A stretch of DNA of 64,000 nucleotides from an uncultured Pseudomonadales bacterium (GTDB lineage Bacteria; Pseudomonadota; Gammaproteobacteria; Pseudomonadales; UBA7434), in the NCBI GenBank assembly GCA_943788835.1, contig CALSRU010000004.1:240300-304299 (forward strand), read 5' to 3'. Each line of letters begins with the position of its first letter. Within the stretch, counting starts at the first letter, position 1. This document shows, in pieces, positions 20,677-30,344 of this stretch. Position numbers and translations under genes: made by a program. The notes below the pieces were generated by a model. The model was not told the origin of the DNA, made no database searches, and saw nothing but the letters and a program-made list of their open reading frames with translations.

Positions 20677-22257
20677 TCAGGACAGGCGCGCTGCGAGTAG
20701 TGTTTTCGTATAGCTGTGTTGAGGATTTGTTAGCAGAGCCTCAGTGTTGCCTAACTCGACAATCTGACCTTTTTGCATTACTGCAATACGATCGGCGACG
20801 TAACGGACAACAGCAAGGTCATGAGAAATAAAAATCATGCTGATGCTGTACTGCCAGCAAAGGTCTAATAATAATTTTAGTATTTGCGCTTGAATCGTGA
20901 CATCAAGTGCAGAGACCGGCTCGTCTGCGATAATTAATTGAGGCTCAACGGCAATAGCCCGGGCTATGGCAACTCGTTGGCGCTGACCTCCCGAAAACTG
21001 GTGAGGGTATTGGTGTGCCCAGTTAGCTTCTAGACCCACTTCGCACATGAGGGCCAAGACCTTCTCATTTAATGATCGTTTGGTGGTTGCCAAACCATGT
21101 AGCTTTAGCGGCTCTGCAATAATTTCAAAAATAGACATGCGGGGGTTGAGAGAAGCAAAAGGATCTTGAAATATCATTTGCATATCCTTGCGGGCTAACC
21201 GTAGTTGTTTTTCGTTGAGCGAAGTCAGCGATTTATTTTTTAGCTTTATTTCACCTTGCTCTAGGTCAACGAGTCGCACCAGACTTTGCGCAAGTGAGGT
21301 TTTACCGCAGCCCGATTCACCTACCAAGCCTAATATTTCTCCACGCGCAATAGATAAGCTGACATCCTTAACAGCTAGGTTGGGTGTTGGTTTAGCTGGA
21401 AATGAAATTGACGCGTTTGTAATGCTTAGAAAATTGGGCGCGAGCGGTTGTTCGTGTCGATAGCGTGTAGGCTTTTTTCCCTTTGGAATTGCGTCCAGCA
21501 AACTTTTGGTATAGTCATGCTGAGGTGCGGCGAACACCTGTGCGCAGCGACCTTGCTCGACCATGCAGCCCTTTTGTAAAACCAATACGCGTGTGGCGAT
21601 TTTTTTAATGACATGTAAATCATGGGAGATGAATATCATGGCAATATTGCGCCGCTGTTGCAGCTCGTTCAGTAAGGCAAGAATTTGTGCCTGAGTGGTC
21701 ACATCAAGTGCTGTAGTAGGTTCGTCTGCAATAAGTAAGTCGGGCTCAGTGATCAGTGCCATTGCGATCATGACGCGCTGACGCATACCACCAGAAAGTT
21801 CATGTGCATAGCAGTCCAGACGTTGTTCAGGCTTATCAATTCCCACCTCTTGCAGTATGGCGAGTGTTTTTTTTCGTGCGAGCTCTTTTGGCGTTTTATA
21901 ATGTAGCTGCAAAGGCTCCATAATTTGTTGACCAATACGCATAAACGGGTTCAAGGCCGTCATAGGATCTTGAAAAATCATACCGATGCGACGACCACGA
22001 ATTGAACGTAATCTGCTTTCTGAACTCGTGAGCAGGTCGACCCCATCAAACACGGCGCGCCCTTTAATAGCCGCGGGCGGTGTTGGGAGTAAACGCATTA
22101 AGGCATTGCAGCAAACTGTTTTGCCCGAGCCTGACTCGCCGACGATCCCTAAGGTTTCGCCGCGGTCGACAGTAAATGAAACGCTATTCACAGCATTGAT
22201 GACGCCCTCGCGGGTGTTGAAATCTATATTCAATGCGGACACGTCAAGCAGGCTCAT
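20677..22257 (-). CDS. Peptide ABC transporter, fused double ATP-binding protein (YejF/GsiA-like)
   Basis: Two complete cassettes: GESGSGKT...LSGGMRQRV...LLIADEPT and GESGCGKT...FSGGQRQRV...LIIADEPV. The start is set at MSLLDV (22257); the longer ORF overlaps the permease gene. Confidence 0.85.
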   Translation of the reverse strand: MSLLDVSALNIDFNTREGVINAVNSVSFTVDRGETLGIVGESGSGKTVCCNALMRLLPTPPAAIKGRAVFDGVDLLTSSESRLRSIRGRRIGMIFQDPMTALNPFMRIGQQIMEPLQLHYKTPKELARKKTLAILQEVGIDKPEQRLDCYAHELSGGMRQRVMIAMALITEPDLLIADEPTTALDVTTQAQILALLNELQQRRNIAMIFISHDLHVIKKIATRVLVLQKGCMVEQGRCAQVFAAPQHDYTKSLLDAIPKGKKPTRYRHEQPLAPNFLSITNASISFPAKPTPNLAVKDVSLSIARGEILGLVGESGCGKTSLAQSLVRLVDLEQGEIKLKNKSLTSLNEKQLRLARKDMQMIFQDPFASLNPRMSIFEIIAEPLKLHGLATTKRSLNEKVLALMCEVGLEANWAHQYPHQFSGGQRQRVAIARAIAVEPQLIIADEPVSALDVTIQAQILKLLLDLCWQYSISMIFISHDLAVVRYVADRIAVMQKGQIVELGNTEALLTNPQHSYTKTLLAARLS

Positions 22258-22309
22258 AAGCACTTTAGCCTTTCTAATTTTAATTGGCTGTGAATAAGGT
22301 GATTTGACA

Positions 22310-23203
22310 TTAGTTTTTTGCCGTGCGTGGATCGAGTGCGTCTCGCAGTCCGTCACCTAAAAAGTTCAGCGAAAATAACGTTATTGATAATGTTAAGCCA
22401 GGAAATATCAATAACCACGGATACTCCTCCATGCTTTCAACGCCCCGTGATATTAAAACTCCCCAAGAACTCTGCGGGGGTTGAATACCTAGGCCTAAAA
22501 AGCTTAAAAAGGATTCGAGTAAGATCACACTAGGTATTGTTAGCGTAATATAAACGATAACAGGGCCGAGAATATTGGGCATGACATGCCGATAAATAAT
22601 TTGCCAGTGAGCTAGGCCTGTAACGATGGCGGCGTCAATATATTCCTGTTTGCGTACGCTTAGTACTTGCGCCCTCACAATTCTAGCCATAGTCAGCCAT
22701 TCAACCAAGCCAATGGCTAAAAAGAGTAACAGGAAGCTTCGGCCAAAAACCACCATTAATAAAATAATAAAAATCATAAAAGGCAGGGCATAAAGGATAT
22801 CAACAATACGCATCATAACGGCGTCAATACGCCCACCTATGTAGCCTGCAATAGTACCCCATAGTATGCCAATCACTAACGAAACGGCTGTGGCTGCAAA
22901 GCCTACTAACAAAGAAACGCGACTACCGTACATCAAGCGAGTGAGTAGGTCGCGGCCATGGATATCGGTGCCCAATAAATGCTGTGCAGATGGTGGTGAA
23001 GCGCCGAGTGCTAGATTTTGGTTTTCATACGCGTAGGGTGCAAGCCAAGGTGTGCAGGCGGCGATTGCAAATAGAGCCAGCAAGGTCCAAAAACCCAGCA
23101 TGGCCATCGTGTTTTTTTTCAGACGATAACTGGCCTCACGCCACAATGAGTAGCTACCGTAGTCGCTATTGCTATGCGTATTTTTCAGTTGGGTCGTAGT
23201 CAT
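22310..23203 (-). CDS. Peptide ABC transporter permease (DppC/OppC-like)
   Basis: Six-TM binding-protein-dependent permease pattern. The start is set at MTTTQLK, just after the upstream permease stop. Confidence 0.85.
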   Translation of the reverse strand: MTTTQLKNTHSNSDYGSYSLWREASYRLKKNTMAMLGFWTLLALFAIAACTPWLAPYAYENQNLALGASPPSAQHLLGTDIHGRDLLTRLMYGSRVSLLVGFAATAVSLVIGILWGTIAGYIGGRIDAVMMRIVDILYALPFMIFIILLMVVFGRSFLLLFLAIGLVEWLTMARIVRAQVLSVRKQEYIDAAIVTGLAHWQIIYRHVMPNILGPVIVYITLTIPSVILLESFLSFLGLGIQPPQSSWGVLISRGVESMEEYPWLLIFPGLTLSITLFSLNFLGDGLRDALDPRTAKN

Positions 23204-23208
23204 TATTG

Positions 23209-24132
23209 TTAATCTTTTAGCGTTAGACGGGGGTTTAGCCATACCGTGAGGATGTCTGACAGAATGTTAAACACAACGATGAGTGTCGATAGCAGGATGG
23301 TTGTACCAAGAATCATGGTGTAGTCACGGTTAAATGCAGCTTGAACATAAAAACGGCCTAGCCCGGGGATTTGAAAAATCGTTTCAACCACAAATGAACC
23401 GGCCAGCAAGCCGGCAAAAGCGGGCCCTAAAAATGCTAAGACTGGCGCGAGGCCTCCTCGGAGTGCGTGGCGATAAATGATCGTGGGGGTTGGTAGCCCT
23501 TTAGCTTTCGCTGTGCGGATATAGTCTTGCCCCAATACTTCAATCATGCCACCGCGCGTAAGTCGGGCGATATAAGCTGCATATCCTGTGCCTAGGGTAA
23601 TAGCGGGCAGGATTTTATCGCCCGGAGCATAGCCCCAGCCGCTCACGGGCAACCAATCTAAACTGATGCCAAAGATAAGCACGAGCAGTGGTCCCATTAA
23701 AAATGAGGGCATGCATATACCCGCCATGGCCAACGACATGGGGATATAGTCTTGTGCTGTATTGGGTTTGATCGATGCGACAATGCCCGCGCTGACGCCA
23801 ATAATCAGCGCAATAAGCATCGCGTATAAAGCTAGCTCAAAGGTTATGGGTAGGCCGGTTAAAATCATTTCGGTGACGCTGCGGTTGCTGTACCGAAATG
23901 ATGGCCCAAAGTCGCCCTGTACAAGATTACCCATGTAACTTAGGTATTGTTTGTATAAGGGATCATCGAGATTGTAGCGCGCGTTAAGGTTGTCGAGCAC
24001 TTCTGCCGGCAGTGTTTTTTCAGCGTCGAAAGGCCCACCTGGTGCACTGTGAACCAAAAAAAAAGTAGCCGTGATCACAACAAACAATACCGGTATGGCC
24101 TGAAATAAGCGGGCTGCAAAAAACTTTAACAT
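23209..24132 (-). CDS. Peptide ABC transporter permease (DppB/OppB-like)
   Basis: 307 aa. The N-terminus MLKFFAARLFQAIPVLFVV and the IRTAKAKGL EAA-loop region are typical of DppB/OppB. Confidence 0.9.
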   Translation of the reverse strand: MLKFFAARLFQAIPVLFVVITATFFLVHSAPGGPFDAEKTLPAEVLDNLNARYNLDDPLYKQYLSYMGNLVQGDFGPSFRYSNRSVTEMILTGLPITFELALYAMLIALIIGVSAGIVASIKPNTAQDYIPMSLAMAGICMPSFLMGPLLVLIFGISLDWLPVSGWGYAPGDKILPAITLGTGYAAYIARLTRGGMIEVLGQDYIRTAKAKGLPTPTIIYRHALRGGLAPVLAFLGPAFAGLLAGSFVVETIFQIPGLGRFYVQAAFNRDYTMILGTTILLSTLIVVFNILSDILTVWLNPRLTLKD

Positions 24133-24196
24133 AAAAGCGCTCTCATCAATGGATACCTTGTAGCTACCCGTTGCCTACATGTTGTCTACACATTCG

Positions 24197-25933
24197 TTAA
24201 TCATTGACTGCTATGGGATCAATGTATACATATTTATACGGGTGGTGGTCGAGAATATTGGCTAGCCAGCCTTTGACTTCCGGGTGCATGAGTTGTACGC
24301 GGGTATATGTGTATATTGGCATGATGGGACTGTCGCTGAGTAATAATTCTTCAGCCTGATAAAAGTTTTTGTAGCGCAAAGTTTGGTCGGCTTGCGTGGC
24401 TGCTTGGGCAATAAGTTGATCGTATTGGGGATTACTCCAGCCGGTTTGATTGTTGCCACCATTGGTAACAAACATATCTAGAAAAGTATTTGGATCGGCG
24501 TAGTCACCAATCCAGCCGGCTCTGGCAATGTCGTAATCAAGTGATTGAGCACGGTCTAAAAATACTTTCCAATCCTGATTTGAAAGAGTAATAGTAATAT
24601 TTAATGCTTCCTTCCACATTTGTTGAACAGCGACTGCAATGCGTCGATGGCCATCACTGGTGTTGTAAAGAAGCTCAAGTGTCGGGAAACCTTTACCATT
24701 GGGAAAGCCTGCTTCGGTCAGCAGTTGGCGAGCAAGGTCAACATCGTAGCGCAGGATTCCAGACGGCGGCTGATAGCCTTGGGTATTGGGTGGGGTAAAG
24801 CTGAAGGCTGGTATTTGTCCGCCTTTAGTAATGGCATCAACCAGCATTTGTCGGTCAATAGCTAGACTCAGTGCGCGCCGAACACGTGGATCGACCAGCG
24901 GGCCGCGTGTAACATTAAAACGATAGTAGTACGTTCCCAAGTAGGGGTTAATCGATATTTTCTCAGGATGGTTTTGTTGGTAGCTGGCAATCTTATCGGC
25001 GGGTATGCTGCTGGCAATATGGAGTGCGCTGGTGCGAAACATGCGTTCTTCGGTTTGTGCATTATCAATGGGATAAAACCGTATTTCGTTAAGAGCAACG
25101 TTTTCTTGATCCCAATAAAATGGATTTTTTGTGACTTGAATTAAATAGTTAAGCCGCCATTTTTTTAAAACAAATGGCCCGTTGCCTACGAAGTTTTCCG
25201 CTCGTGTCCACAGTGTCCCGCGCTCATCCTGCTTGCCGTGAGCAAGCACGGTGTTTTTGTGCACAGGGAAGGTGCTGAAGTGCGAAAGTAGCGATAAAAA
25301 GTAGGGCGTAGGATAGGCCAAATTAATAATTAAGGTTTGAGGGTCGGGTGCGCTGATACCAACCTGAGAGAAATCGTTCAGCTCACCTTTGTTAAAGGCT
25401 GCTGCATTGACGATAGGATAGAGTTGATAAGCATACTCGCCTGCCAGTGAAGGCATTAGCAGGCGTTGCCATGACCACAGGAAATCGTCTGCTGTTACGC
25501 GGTCGCCATTCGACCAGTAAGCGTTATCGCGGAGTTTAAATGTATAACGCCGGCCATCCTCGCTAATGCTCCAACTTGCAGCAACACCAGGCTCGGGTTG
25601 CAAGGTTCTAGGGTGTTCGGTCACTAGGCCTTCAAGCAGGGCGCTAATAATGTTGTGCTCGGTGACGCCGGTAACAATATGAGGGTCTAGGTCTTTCGGT
25701 TCGGTACCGTTGCCTAAGTGCAGTATCTGTTGAGCGGCACCGGTGGCTCTGTTGCTCGGGCCAAGATCACAGCTGACTATCAAAAGCAGGCTTAACAACA
25801 GCAGACTTAACAACAGGCAAGCGCGCGCGATTGAGAGAGTTTTTATTATTACAGCTTGAACCTTTAAATTGCGTATCAAATGGGTTCCAGTAGAGGGCTT
25901 TCGTGGGCAAGGCGTTTGATTGTGAAGCCTCAT
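24197..25933 (-). CDS. Peptide/oligopeptide ABC substrate-binding lipoprotein (family 5)
   Basis: Family-5 SBP-like sequence with a hydrophobic leader ending in the lipobox-like LLIVSC. The start is uncertain: ATG at 25933 (a TAATG overlap with the gloB stop), TTG at 25879, or the longest ORF to 25951. Confidence 0.8.
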   Translation of the reverse strand: MRLHNQTPCPRKPSTGTHLIRNLKVQAVIIKTLSIARACLLLSLLLLSLLLIVSCDLGPSNRATGAAQQILHLGNGTEPKDLDPHIVTGVTEHNIISALLEGLVTEHPRTLQPEPGVAASWSISEDGRRYTFKLRDNAYWSNGDRVTADDFLWSWQRLLMPSLAGEYAYQLYPIVNAAAFNKGELNDFSQVGISAPDPQTLIINLAYPTPYFLSLLSHFSTFPVHKNTVLAHGKQDERGTLWTRAENFVGNGPFVLKKWRLNYLIQVTKNPFYWDQENVALNEIRFYPIDNAQTEERMFRTSALHIASSIPADKIASYQQNHPEKISINPYLGTYYYRFNVTRGPLVDPRVRRALSLAIDRQMLVDAITKGGQIPAFSFTPPNTQGYQPPSGILRYDVDLARQLLTEAGFPNGKGFPTLELLYNTSDGHRRIAVAVQQMWKEALNITITLSNQDWKVFLDRAQSLDYDIARAGWIGDYADPNTFLDMFVTNGGNNQTGWSNPQYDQLIAQAATQADQTLRYKNFYQAEELLLSDSPIMPIYTYTRVQLMHPEVKGWLANILDHHPYKYVYIDPIAVND

Positions 25934-26784
25934 TAAAAGGTGTCTTTCCACTGCCTGATAACGGCAAATATTACATCGTGATCGTACTTTACCCCATTAT
26001 TGTGAGCGTCAAAGTTTGTATTTGTTCGACGGCCGGCCGCAGAGATAACCGGATCGGTATCGTAGCGCAGAAAAGGGTTGGTGCCCAACTCGTCGGCAAG
26101 TATCGATGGGATGCTCGGATATCCCGCTGCTCTTAGCTCGTTGACGTTTTTTATGCGCTGCTGCAATGCCTTGTTTTTTGGTTCTACTGCCAACGCAAAA
26201 GCTAGATTAGCCTGGGTATATTCATGTGCGCAATAAATGCGGGTGGATTCGGGTAGCTCGCGCAGCTTAGCAAGTGAATGACGCATTTGAGCAAAGGTGC
26301 CTTCAAAAACTCTGCCGCATCCGGCGGCAAACAGCGTGTCACCGCAAAATAATAGTGGCGCCCCGAATGAGTTAGGTTGATTAATAAAATACGCAATATG
26401 GTGTAGTGTGTGCCCCGGCACTTCTATCACTTGGGCGGTTTGCCCCAGTAGCGTATAAGTTTCACCATCGACCACTCGCTGCGTCACCTGTGGAATGCGT
26501 GAGTCGGCGGGCCCAATGACCGGCACAGAATAGTGCTTGAGCAGAGTATCGATACCACCAATATGATCGGCATGGTGGTGCGTAACTAAGATGCTAGCGA
26601 GGGTCAGGTTGCGTTTGTTGAGCTCATCAAGTATCGGCTGTGCATCGCCTGGGTCAACCGCAACGGCATATTCGCCATCGTCAATGAGCCAGAGGTAATT
26701 ATCTTGGAATGCGGAAATACCGGTGATTTTGAGCGCCTTCTTTGACGAAGGCGGCGGGTTGCTAGGGTTGGCGTTATTTTTCAT
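25933..26784 (-). CDS. gloB: Hydroxyacylglutathione hydrolase (glyoxalase II)
   Basis: Metallo-beta-lactamase motif THHHADH. N-terminal FQDNYLWLI, as in GloB. The start is uncertain; the longest ORF extends to 26820. Confidence 0.85.
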   Translation of the reverse strand: MKNNANPSNPPPSSKKALKITGISAFQDNYLWLIDDGEYAVAVDPGDAQPILDELNKRNLTLASILVTHHHADHIGGIDTLLKHYSVPVIGPADSRIPQVTQRVVDGETYTLLGQTAQVIEVPGHTLHHIAYFINQPNSFGAPLLFCGDTLFAAGCGRVFEGTFAQMRHSLAKLRELPESTRIYCAHEYTQANLAFALAVEPKNKALQQRIKNVNELRAAGYPSIPSILADELGTNPFLRYDTDPVISAAGRRTNTNFDAHNNGVKYDHDVIFAVIRQWKDTF

Positions 26785-27039
26785 GATGGGCACTATTGCG
26801 GATGAGGTGCTAGTAAACATTGTGCGCGACTCAACGTTTTACTGCTTATTCGGCATTCGATAATTGCGCTGTTCTATATGAATTTTAGAGCAAGTAGCTG
26901 TTAAAATACACCTATCAAGCATGGCGTGACTGCTGAGCAGGCGCGAGTCGTTGTAACGCCTAAAAAGTAAGTGCAACATAAAGACAGGCGGCCTGTGGCT
27001 TAGTCAAACGATTATCGAGTTAATTGAGCGAATCTTGCA

Positions 27040-27876
27040 ATGCAAAAAGAAGCGGCTGAAGTGATGCTAATGCCAGAGTTAATGAGTGGCTTTTCGGCAT
27101 TTCTTGACTCTGACATTGGTGCGGCGATGTTAGCGCTTGAGCGCGCCGAAATTCAGCAATTGCTGCCTCAGCTGGTTGGTTATAATTGCTTGCAGTTGAG
27201 TGTCCAAAAGAATGGGTTACTCTGTGAAGAATCAAAGTTCGGTCAATTAATTAAAGTGGGTTACGCCCCTGTCAGTCGGCGCCAGATGCCGACTAGCGCG
27301 CGGAATGAGGACGTTTGTGCCAACTATGAGTCCCTGCCGGTAGCCAGTGATTGTGTGGATGTGGTGCTTCTGCATCATGTGTTGGAGTTTGCGAGCGAGC
27401 CGCATCAATTGCTGCGTGAGGCTACGCGAACGCTTACCGCCGGGGGTTATTTGTTGATAGCCGGTTTTAATCCAATGAGTGCTTGGCCCGCTTACCAGCG
27501 CTACTATACGTGGAAGCAGCGCTCAGCAGGTATTGATGCATCAGCCACAAAGCGTTTGAACAAAAATGCCGCCTTACTCAAGCCTATTCGGCAAGGTCGC
27601 TTGGAGGACTGGTTATCGTTGTTGAACTACGATGTGCTTCAGCAAAAGCAATTTTTCTATCGGCCGCCTATTAATAGTGAGCGTTGGTTAAATAGATTGC
27701 AATTTTTTGAGGACTGGGGGGAGGTTATGCATCTGCCAATAGGACTGGGGTATATTACTTTGGCGCGCAAGCGCACGCTTACCGCTACGCCAATTATGTC
27801 ATCTTGGCGTCAGTCGCTGCGCTCTTCACGCAGGGCAGGTGCACATGCAAAACAACCCCATAAAAGATCATCGTAG
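27040..27876 (+). CDS. Class I SAM-dependent methyltransferase-like protein
   Basis: 278 aa. It occupies the conserved slot between gloB and rnhA seen in pseudomonads. Methyltransferase-like segments VDVVLLHHVLEF and GGYLLIAGFNP. Confidence 0.65.
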   Translation: MQKEAAEVMLMPELMSGFSAFLDSDIGAAMLALERAEIQQLLPQLVGYNCLQLSVQKNGLLCEESKFGQLIKVGYAPVSRRQMPTSARNEDVCANYESLPVASDCVDVVLLHHVLEFASEPHQLLREATRTLTAGGYLLIAGFNPMSAWPAYQRYYTWKQRSAGIDASATKRLNKNAALLKPIRQGRLEDWLSLLNYDVLQQKQFFYRPPINSERWLNRLQFFEDWGEVMHLPIGLGYITLARKRTLTATPIMSSWRQSLRSSRRAGAHAKQPHKRSS

Positions 27877-28044
27877 GCGAGCCATTCACAGTGGCTAGGA
27901 TGAATACATGTTCCTAAAGACGGTTTCACCTTACAATAAGATTTGTCGGTTAACATAGCCTAGCAAGCACTGACTTAAACCAGATTCTCTAGAGCGCTAC
28001 TATGCGCTGTTACACCCCCACATTCGGAGCAACTAACAACGCAA

Positions 28045-28473
28045 ATGACTATTGAAATTTATACTGATGGAGCCTGTCGAGGTAATCCTGGCCCTGGTGG
28101 CTGGGGCGTTTATGTTAAGGCGCCGAGTGGTGAGCAGGAGTTTTGCGGCGGCGAAGCTTCTACAACGAACAATCGTATGGAGCTTTTAGCGGCCATTGAG
28201 GCGCTGCGTTTGTTTGAGGATGCGCACGATATTATTGTGCATACTGATTCGCAGTACGTGCGTAAGGGAATTACTGAGTGGATGCAAAACTGGAAGCGCA
28301 ACGGCTGGCGAACATCGGCTAGAAAACCCGTTAAAAATGCTGATCTATGGCTTTTGCTCGACACTGAAGCTCAGCGCCACAACGTAGTATGGAAGTGGGT
28401 AAAAGGGCACAATGGTGACCCAGGAAATGAGCGAGCCGATGAGCTCGCTAATCGGGGCGTAGATCAGCTTTAG
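28045..28473 (+). CDS. rnhA: Ribonuclease HI
   Basis: 142 aa. [29 protein letters not shown] and [14 protein letters not shown] match RNase HI catalytic blocks. Confidence 0.95.
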   Translation: MTIEIYTDGACRGNPGPGGWGVYVKAPSGEQEFCGGEASTTNNRMELLAAIEALRLFEDAHDIIVHTDSQYVRKGITEWMQNWKRNGWRTSARKPVKNADLWLLLDTEAQRHNVVWKWVKGHNGDPGNERADELANRGVDQL

Positions 28474-28587
28474 TTGCATAGCTAATCGCTGTGTTTTATC
28501 GCGCAGTTGTCTCAATGTTTTTGGATACCATCGTAAAAACTGCCTCTTACATCGAGGCGTATATCAAAACCTTTAGGTGTGTTTTTT

Positions 28588-29322
28588 ATGTCCACCCGAC
28601 AAATTGTTTTAGATACTGAAACCACGGGGCTTGAGCCTACACTGGGGCATCGGATTATCGAAGTGGGCTGCGTAGAGCTTATTAATCGCCGCCATACCCG
28701 AACGCACTACCATCAATATATCGATCCCGACCGCGAAGTAGAGGCGGGCGCGTTAGAAGTGCATGGCATCAGTAACGAATTTTTAACGGGTAAGCCGCTC
28801 TTTGCTGCGGTAGTTGAAGAGTTTATTGAGTTTGTTGATGGTGCTGAACTCATTATCCACAATGCGCCGTTTGATATAGGCTTTATCGATCATGAGTTGC
28901 GCCTGCTCGGGCATAAAGTCAAGTCGATAACCGATATCTGCACCGTGGTCGACACCTTAGCGGTAGCTCGCCAAAAGCATCCCGGGCAGCGGAATAGTCT
29001 CGATGCTCTATGTAAGCGCTATGGTGTAGATAATTCAGGCAGAGAATTACACGGGGCACTCTTAGATTCAGAAATTCTTGCCGACGTTTATTTATTGATG
29101 ACCGGCGGGCAAACAACCCTGCAATTAGCGACTGAGGCTAAGAGCAGCGAACAGCAAACAGACGCCGAAAAGTTAGCCGGAGATTTAAGCAAACGCAGTG
29201 TTAGCTTGCCAATTATTCAAGCCGATGCAGATGAGCAGCGCGCGCATGACGAACTGATTGCACATATTCAAAAAATCAGTGACGGACAGTGCGTCTGGCA
29301 CAAACTCGACTCAGTCAAGTAG
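28588..29322 (+). CDS. dnaQ: DNA polymerase III epsilon (proofreading exonuclease)
   Basis: ExoI VLDTETTG, ExoII IHNAPFDIGF, ExoIII HGALLDSEILADVY. The start is set at ATG 28588. Confidence 0.9.
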   Translation: MSTRQIVLDTETTGLEPTLGHRIIEVGCVELINRRHTRTHYHQYIDPDREVEAGALEVHGISNEFLTGKPLFAAVVEEFIEFVDGAELIIHNAPFDIGFIDHELRLLGHKVKSITDICTVVDTLAVARQKHPGQRNSLDALCKRYGVDNSGRELHGALLDSEILADVYLLMTGGQTTLQLATEAKSSEQQTDAEKLAGDLSKRSVSLPIIQADADEQRAHDELIAHIQKISDGQCVWHKLDSVK

Positions 29323-29375
29323 CAGTGAGTATTGGCTCAGGATGCCGCTGAGCGTAAGAGCGCCAGTTTATAAGC

Positions 29376-30257
29376 TTAGCTTGCTCGGTAAGGGTAAGTT
29401 CCGTTGGGTAATCGCTTGAAGCGTTTGTAGCCCCACTGATATTGGGCTGCATCTTCTTGCGTTGACATTTCCACCATTTGGTTCATGGCCGTCAAACTCA
29501 CGTCTTGTTCTTTACTGTAGATCTCTGCAGGAGCTTCCTTGAAATGAATGCTAAAGCCATTAGCATCTCGCAGAGCGTAACCCAGGATAATCTTGCATCC
29601 TGTTCGTTGCAGTAATTTGTAGACCAGCGTCATCGTCAATGCTTGTACGCCCATAAATGGAGCAAATGCACCTGAATCATTCTTCGGTCTCTGATCAGGC
29701 AGTATGCCTACAATTTGTCCCTGTTTGAGTGCCTTGAGAAGTTGTGCAATGCCGCGTTGATTAGTTGGCACTAAGCGGGCGCCGGATTGTTCGCGCCCTT
29801 TTTTCACCATGGCCTCTAGGCTGCGGTACTTAGGTGGCTGATACAAGCTTGTAGTTTCACCATAGCGAGGTAGAAAACGACCAAATACTTCCCAGTTGCC
29901 CACATGCGGGCAGATCACTAAAACGCCATGGCCGGCGTGTAACTTCTCGCGCAGATGGTCTTCGCCATGTACCGCTGTTATTTTTTTATCGAGCCACGTA
30001 TTACTGTGATGCCAAACAGCCGGCATTTCTAGCGCTGTGGCTATCGTACTAACGATCGATTGCTGAACAAGCTGCATTTTGCCCTGTTCACTGAGAGTGG
30101 GGTGAGTGAGCTTAATATTTGTGGCAGTAACATGCTGTAAGGTGGTTTTAAACCCCAGTACGCAGCGTGCAATAACCCAAGCAAAAGGCTGTACCAAACG
30201 AAGTGGCAGCAGGGCAAGGATAGTAAGTGTAAAACCAGCTAGAGCGTTTTTTAACAT
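29376..30257 (-). CDS. Lipid A late acyltransferase family protein (LpxL/HtrB-like)
   Basis: 293 aa. N-terminal membrane anchor and the acyltransferase motif region CPHVGNWE. Confidence 0.75.
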   Translation of the reverse strand: MLKNALAGFTLTILALLPLRLVQPFAWVIARCVLGFKTTLQHVTATNIKLTHPTLSEQGKMQLVQQSIVSTIATALEMPAVWHHSNTWLDKKITAVHGEDHLREKLHAGHGVLVICPHVGNWEVFGRFLPRYGETTSLYQPPKYRSLEAMVKKGREQSGARLVPTNQRGIAQLLKALKQGQIVGILPDQRPKNDSGAFAPFMGVQALTMTLVYKLLQRTGCKIILGYALRDANGFSIHFKEAPAEIYSKEQDVSLTAMNQMVEMSTQEDAAQYQWGYKRFKRLPNGTYPYRAS

Positions 30258-30344
30258 AGGCTAATCAAGGCAGTGCATTGTCAAGACAATCATCGTTCCT
30301 GTGGGGCATAAAAATGCACCTATGCGACACAGCGATTGACTTAC

